A stretch of 64,000 nt of DNA, from NCBI GenBank assembly GCA_015064855.1, contig SVRK01000006.1:6698-70697 (forward strand), read 5' to 3'. This DNA is from Oscillospiraceae bacterium. Its GTDB lineage: Bacteria > Bacillota > Clostridia > Oscillospirales > CAG-272. Position 1 is the stretch's first letter, and each line of letters starts with the position of its first letter. Position numbers and translations under genes: made by a program. Shown in pieces: positions 59,879 through 64,000 of this stretch. The notes under the pieces were generated by a model. That model was not told where the DNA came from and ran no database searches. It worked only from the letters and a program-made list of their open reading frames with translations.

Positions 59879-59909
59879 AGGTAGGCAAGATGGAATGAAG
59901 GAGATTTTT

Positions 59910-60431
59910 ATGGTTTTAGATATCACCTCTTTAATCAACGGTAAATCATCGAAAATTGATTTTCAATATGAAATTGATAATTCCGATGAAGATACCTATA
60001 TTCTCCCTCCAGACGACGTTTCTTTTACAGCGCCTGTAAGAGTTAGTGGCTGTGTTACCGATAATGCGGGCTATATGGCACTTTCTTTAACTGCAGAGAT
60101 TGATTATGTCTCACGCTGTGCAAGATGTCTTGAGGATATTTCTGGCACATTTACCCTCAATTTCAATCGCAAGGTGGCAACTAAAGGCACACTACAAGAC
60201 GAGGACAATGACGAATATGTTATTGTCAGAAACGGTTTCTTGGACATCGACCGTGAGCTTGTGGACGATTTACTCCTTGAGTTTCCCGCGAAGCTCCTTT
60301 GTGAAGAGGAATGCAAAGGACTTTGTTCAAAATGTGGTAAAAACCTTAATTTTGGCGAGTGCGATTGCCCGAAGAAAAAAGAAATCGACCCCAGACTTGC
60401 AATTTTTCAAAAACTACTTGAAAATGATTAA
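59910..60431 (+). CDS. DUF177/YceD family protein
   Basis: CARCL, LCEEECKGLCSKCG and IDPRL motifs; lies upstream of rpmF. Confidence 0.9.
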   Translation: MVLDITSLINGKSSKIDFQYEIDNSDEDTYILPPDDVSFTAPVRVSGCVTDNAGYMALSLTAEIDYVSRCARCLEDISGTFTLNFNRKVATKGTLQDEDNDEYVIVRNGFLDIDRELVDDLLLEFPAKLLCEEECKGLCSKCGKNLNFGECDCPKKKEIDPRLAIFQKLLEND

Positions 60432-60489
60432 ACTTTGTAGTATAATAGTTTAGAAATTAAGATATAAAGGCTAAAGGAGGTTACTCAAG

Positions 60490-60675
60490 ATGGCAGTTCC
60501 AAAGAGAAAACAATCTCATGCTCGCACAAACAAAAGAAGATCAAACAACTCAAAGCTTACAGCACCAACAATGGTTAAGTGCTCAAAGTGTGGCGAGTAC
60601 AATCTTACTCATCGCGTATGCTCCGCTTGCGGTTACTATGCAGATAAGCAAATTGTAAACAAAGAAAACGCATAA
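60490..60675 (+). CDS. rpmF: 50S ribosomal protein L32
   Basis: MAVPKRK, CSKCG..HRVCSACGYY. Confidence 0.97.
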   Translation: MAVPKRKQSHARTNKRRSNNSKLTAPTMVKCSKCGEYNLTHRVCSACGYYADKQIVNKENA

Positions 60676-60732
60676 TTTTAAGGCACCTGTAAAACAGGTG
60701 CCTAAATTATAATTTAATCTTATGGAGTTATT

Positions 60733-61266
60733 ATGAATTTCACACCAAAGCGCAAAAACGGAAACGTGCGCGCTATATATCTTGGACTTTTAGCGCTTGG
60801 ACTCATTTCCATTGTTGTAAGCGGAGAGTGGGCTTCTCGAAGAATAGCGCTTATTTGCATTAGTATGCTGTCCTTAGTTGGCGGAGTGTATCTAATGGTT
60901 AGATATGAGCTAACAACCTATTCATATATATTAAACGCCAAGGAAAACGACTTTGAGTTTTTTGTAAACAAGGCAACAGGCAAGCGCGGAAGCTACGTTT
61001 GCTTTTATATGATTTCCGATGTGGCAACGTTTTTGCCATACGAAAAGAACACCAAGGAAGAGCTTATAAAAAAGTATCAAAATATTTCGTTTTTCACCTA
61101 CACAAATAACGTCTCGTGCAAAACAAACGTTTTGGTTTTTGCAAATGCCGGTCACTATGATGCTGTTATAATGGAAAGTGACGAAGCGTACGATGAGTAT
61201 ATAAAAAATGCCATCGCGCTTGTAAGAGAGAAGCAGAACACGCAAGAAGACGAAGACGACGATTAA
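60733..61266 (+). CDS. Hypothetical membrane protein
   Basis: Two N-terminal TMs followed by a soluble domain. Confidence 0.65.
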   Translation: MNFTPKRKNGNVRAIYLGLLALGLISIVVSGEWASRRIALICISMLSLVGGVYLMVRYELTTYSYILNAKENDFEFFVNKATGKRGSYVCFYMISDVATFLPYEKNTKEELIKKYQNISFFTYTNNVSCKTNVLVFANAGHYDAVIMESDEAYDEYIKNAIALVREKQNTQEDEDDD

Positions 61267-61332
61267 TAAATACATAATAAAAAGCACCCAACGGGTGCTT
61301 TTTGTTTTGCCTTCTTTGAGTTTTATCGTTGC

Positions 61333-61982
61333 GTGGCGCAGATGATTGTAAAATCGTTGTGATTTCGGTTTTACCCGTCGTTGCGCATCTAACCTCAGCG
61401 CTTGAAAAAACGCCGAGTGGGGAGGCGTTTTTTAGCGCAAGGCTTTACCTCACATAGAGAGACAAGGGCGGAGGAAAAATGCGCGAACGTGGCAACGTTG
61501 GCGTACTAGTGTACGGTAGAGGGCACGGTCGCGTATAGAAATCACATAAAGAAAACACGCGTTTTTGACGCGTGTTTTTTCCTTAATTTGCTTAATTGGG
61601 TAGCACCAAATAAAATAGTTGGTTTGTTTTGTGTGGTGCAGATGATTGTAAAATCGTTGTGATTTCGGTTTTACCCGTCGTTGCGCATCTAACCTCAGCG
61701 CTTGAAAAAACGACGAGTGGGGAGGCGTTTTTTAGCGCAAGACCGTGCCTCACATAGAGAGAAAAGGGCGGAGGAAAAATGCGCGAACGTGGCAACGTTG
61801 GCGTACTAGTGTACGGTAGAGGGCACGGTCGCGTATAGAAATCACATAAAGAAAACACGCGTTTTTGACGCGTGTTTTTTCCTTATTTTCTTGATTGAGA
61901 AACGCCATATAAATAAGTAGTTTGACTTATGTGGCGCAGATGATTTGGGAATAATTGTGATTTCGGTTTTACCCGTCGTTGC
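61333..61982 (-). repeat. Tandem array of ~300-bp composite repeats (two full units plus one partial)
   Basis: 61333-61585 vs 61633-61885: 7 mismatches in 253 bp; ~47-bp diverged linkers; partial third unit 61931-61982. Confidence 0.92.
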
Positions 61983-61987
61983 TCGCT

Positions 61988-62449
61988 CTATTTTTTAAAG
62001 AGGTTGTTTTCGCTAGCATCTCCAAAGCGCTCCTTGATAAACTTTAAAGCCTCATTAAATATCAGCTTGTCATTATCAAAGGTGCGTTCATATGGAAACT
62101 CATCCTCGAAAAACCAATGGAATGATGAAATTTCCTCCGCCTGTGGAACTACATATGCGCGAGTTGTTAAGGCGGTAAAATAAACAACCTTTTTCTCGGT
62201 GTTTTTCTTTTTACCAATAAGATAAATTGACTCCATTCTGAAGCCGTTTTCTATTTTAACGTCAATGCCTGTTTCCTCTTTTGTTTCGCGAATAGCTGTT
62301 TGGTATTCGTTTTCACCCGGCTCAACGTGACCCTTGGGGAATGACCAAAAATCGGTATATTTATTTTTTATGAGCAAAACCGCGTATTTTCCACGCGTCT
62401 TGCGAAATACGATAGTACCGCAAGATTTCTCATACCTCATATGGTTCAT
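61988..62449 (-). CDS. Nudix hydrolase (Ap4A hydrolase-like)
   Basis: EKSCG, WSFPKGHVEPGENEYQTAIRETKEETG Nudix box. Confidence 0.85.
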   Translation of the reverse strand: MNHMRYEKSCGTIVFRKTRGKYAVLLIKNKYTDFWSFPKGHVEPGENEYQTAIRETKEETGIDVKIENGFRMESIYLIGKKKNTEKKVVYFTALTTRAYVVPQAEEISSFHWFFEDEFPYERTFDNDKLIFNEALKFIKERFGDASENNLFKK

Positions 62450-62515
62450 CTCCCTTCGTAGTGTAAAACAAAATATATAATATTGTAGACCTAAATTTCT
62501 AATATGTCAATAGAA

Positions 62516-63535
62516 TTAGTTAAAATATTCTATTTCAAATTGAGAAAGTTCGCTCTTTTTCGTCTTTGTGAGCAAAAGAACGAAAATAGCAACAACCAAT
62601 ACTAAAGTAAATGCAACGCCCGCATTAATGCCGTAAACTTCACCACCGCTTATTATGTCAGCAAACTTATAATTAGGTAGAAGAATTGACGGTGCTTCCA
62701 TCAATGACATAAGTGGAGAGCCGAAGATAACAGAGCTAACGTACGTCCACACAAAGCTTATTATAGTTGCACCCCAAATGCTGCCGCGCTTGAAAACGTA
62801 AAGTCCCAAAAGGAATGAAAGTAAAAATGAATTAATAATAATGAAAATGTTTAGCGAGAGCGCATGAAAGGCGGCATATAGAATAGAGGTTATAAGAATT
62901 GCAAAAATCGGCTTTGTATCTCTTGCAAGAGATACCATTAAAACTCCGTGAAAGAGTAGCTCGTTTGCAAAAGCATCTATTAAGCACGCAAAGATTAAAA
63001 CAACAAAAACTGTTGAAAACGGCTTATATGGCTCAAAGCTGATAGCTCCCGTAACAAGGGAGAATCCAGCCACCGCTGAAACAATAAGCGCGCCGACAAA
63101 AATGCCTAAAAGCAGCTCAACTAAAACGCCTTTTTTTCTTATTCCCAATGAGGGAACAGGTCTTTTTTCAAATTTTATGCAGAAGAAAATACACGCACCG
63201 ATAATAAGTGCGGAGGCAAAAAGCTCAACGCAAACAAACCACCAAGGTATAGACGTTAATTCGAGCATCTTATCAAGCACCTCTTCAAGTGCCTCGGCGT
63301 TTTGGCTCTTTGTCGCATCGTAATATTCGGACATAAGACCGCTTTTTATAAAGGTGTAGAGGTTATAGCCCAGGTCAACAGCAAAGGTTATAATGCTACA
63401 TAAAAAATTAGCAACAAAATAGAAAAGAATAAACGATAGAACAGTTTTTCCAGGTGTTCTCGGTGCGTGTCTAAATGCCGCATCGTCTATCATTTTTGTT
63501 CTTTTTATATTAAATAAATCCTTCATTTTATTCAC
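62516..63535 (-). CDS. CPBP/Abi (CAAX protease) family membrane protein with degenerate active site
   Basis: EKRPVPSLG, NELLFHG, YAAFH and GSIWG motifs; polytopic. Confidence 0.7.
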   Translation of the reverse strand: MNKMKDLFNIKRTKMIDDAAFRHAPRTPGKTVLSFILFYFVANFLCSIITFAVDLGYNLYTFIKSGLMSEYYDATKSQNAEALEEVLDKMLELTSIPWWFVCVELFASALIIGACIFFCIKFEKRPVPSLGIRKKGVLVELLLGIFVGALIVSAVAGFSLVTGAISFEPYKPFSTVFVVLIFACLIDAFANELLFHGVLMVSLARDTKPIFAILITSILYAAFHALSLNIFIIINSFLLSFLLGLYVFKRGSIWGATIISFVWTYVSSVIFGSPLMSLMEAPSILLPNYKFADIISGGEVYGINAGVAFTLVLVVAIFVLLLTKTKKSELSQFEIEYFN

Positions 63536-63998
63536 CGAAAAAATATTTTTCCGCTTTTAAAATAGCGATTTGGGTTTTGGAGTCCTTGATTTCTCCGTCC
63601 ATTACCATTTTTACAAGCGTTTTTAGTGGAATTTTTGTAACCTCTAAAAATTCATCCTCGTCCGGGTGAGAATTTATAAAGGTCAAATCAGTAGCTATAT
63701 ATAGCTGAATTTTCTCATCAAAAATAGCAACGGTTGTGTAAATTTCGCCAAGGTGCGTAATTTTGCCCGCTACCGCACCGCTTTCCTCCTCAAGCTCACG
63801 CTTGACAGCCTCAAGTGGGTCTTCACCCGGCTCTAATTTGCCGGCAGGGATTTCAAGAAGCACCTCGCCAAATGGGTATCTAAATTGCTTAACCATAATT
63901 ACGCTTCCATCTTCTGTTATAGGAATAACGCAAACAGCCCCCGGATGGCGCACAATTTCGCGCGTTGCCTCTTGACCGTTTGGAAGCTCAACCGTATC
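63528..63998 (-). CDS. nudF: ADP-ribose pyrophosphatase-like Nudix hydrolase (5'-truncated)
   Basis: Frame open to the window edge (DTVELPNGQEATREIVRHPGAV); QFRYP, EIPAGKLE..RELEEESG, DEDEFL. Confidence 0.82.
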   Translation of the reverse strand, partial: DTVELPNGQEATREIVRHPGAVCVIPITEDGSVIMVKQFRYPFGEVLLEIPAGKLEPGEDPLEAVKRELEEESGAVAGKITHLGEIYTTVAIFDEKIQLYIATDLTFINSHPDEDEFLEVTKIPLKTLVKMVMDGEIKDSKTQIAILKAEKYFFGE

Positions 63999-64000
63999 AA

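Noticed and set aside
61592-61858. 88-aa ORF (also ORFs 5577-5876, 5605-5898, 32337-32531 and 12485-12682)
   Set aside because: They lie within palindromic repeat DNA, with no RBS or protein-like motifs.
61333-61982. CRISPR array
   Set aside because: Repeats are ~250 bp, linkers are related to one another, and no cas genes are present.

Overview
AT-rich chromosomal segment from an anaerobic Firmicute, most likely an uncultured Clostridia. The taxon is inferred from spoIIE, PFOR/PPDK, DnaD-DnaC and BspA-type LRR proteins. About 50 mostly housekeeping or metabolic genes are present, including spoIIE, comM/yifB, nifJ, glyA, secG, rnr, ppdK, cysK, rplJL, tsaD, rimI, topB, mnmA, cadA-like, rpmF, a GH94, two GH78 and a Gld-like ABC system. 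No rRNA, tRNA, CRISPR array, prophage or integrase is visible. The unusual content is non-coding: three families of palindromic repeats plus one intact HUH/Y1 RAYT-type transposase. (1) The RAYT gene carries a perfect 28-bp inverted pair of its own GTAG-REP inside its ORF, bracketing the HUH motif. (2) Two genes (comM and the GH94) have a second, diverged copy of their last 11-14 codons, separated from the first by a double-hairpin element. (3) A ~250-300 bp composite repeat forms arrays just downstream of stop codons at three loci, with co-varying inverted repeats enclosing AT-rich, terminator-containing spacers. All calls come from reading the sequence; no database searches were run.
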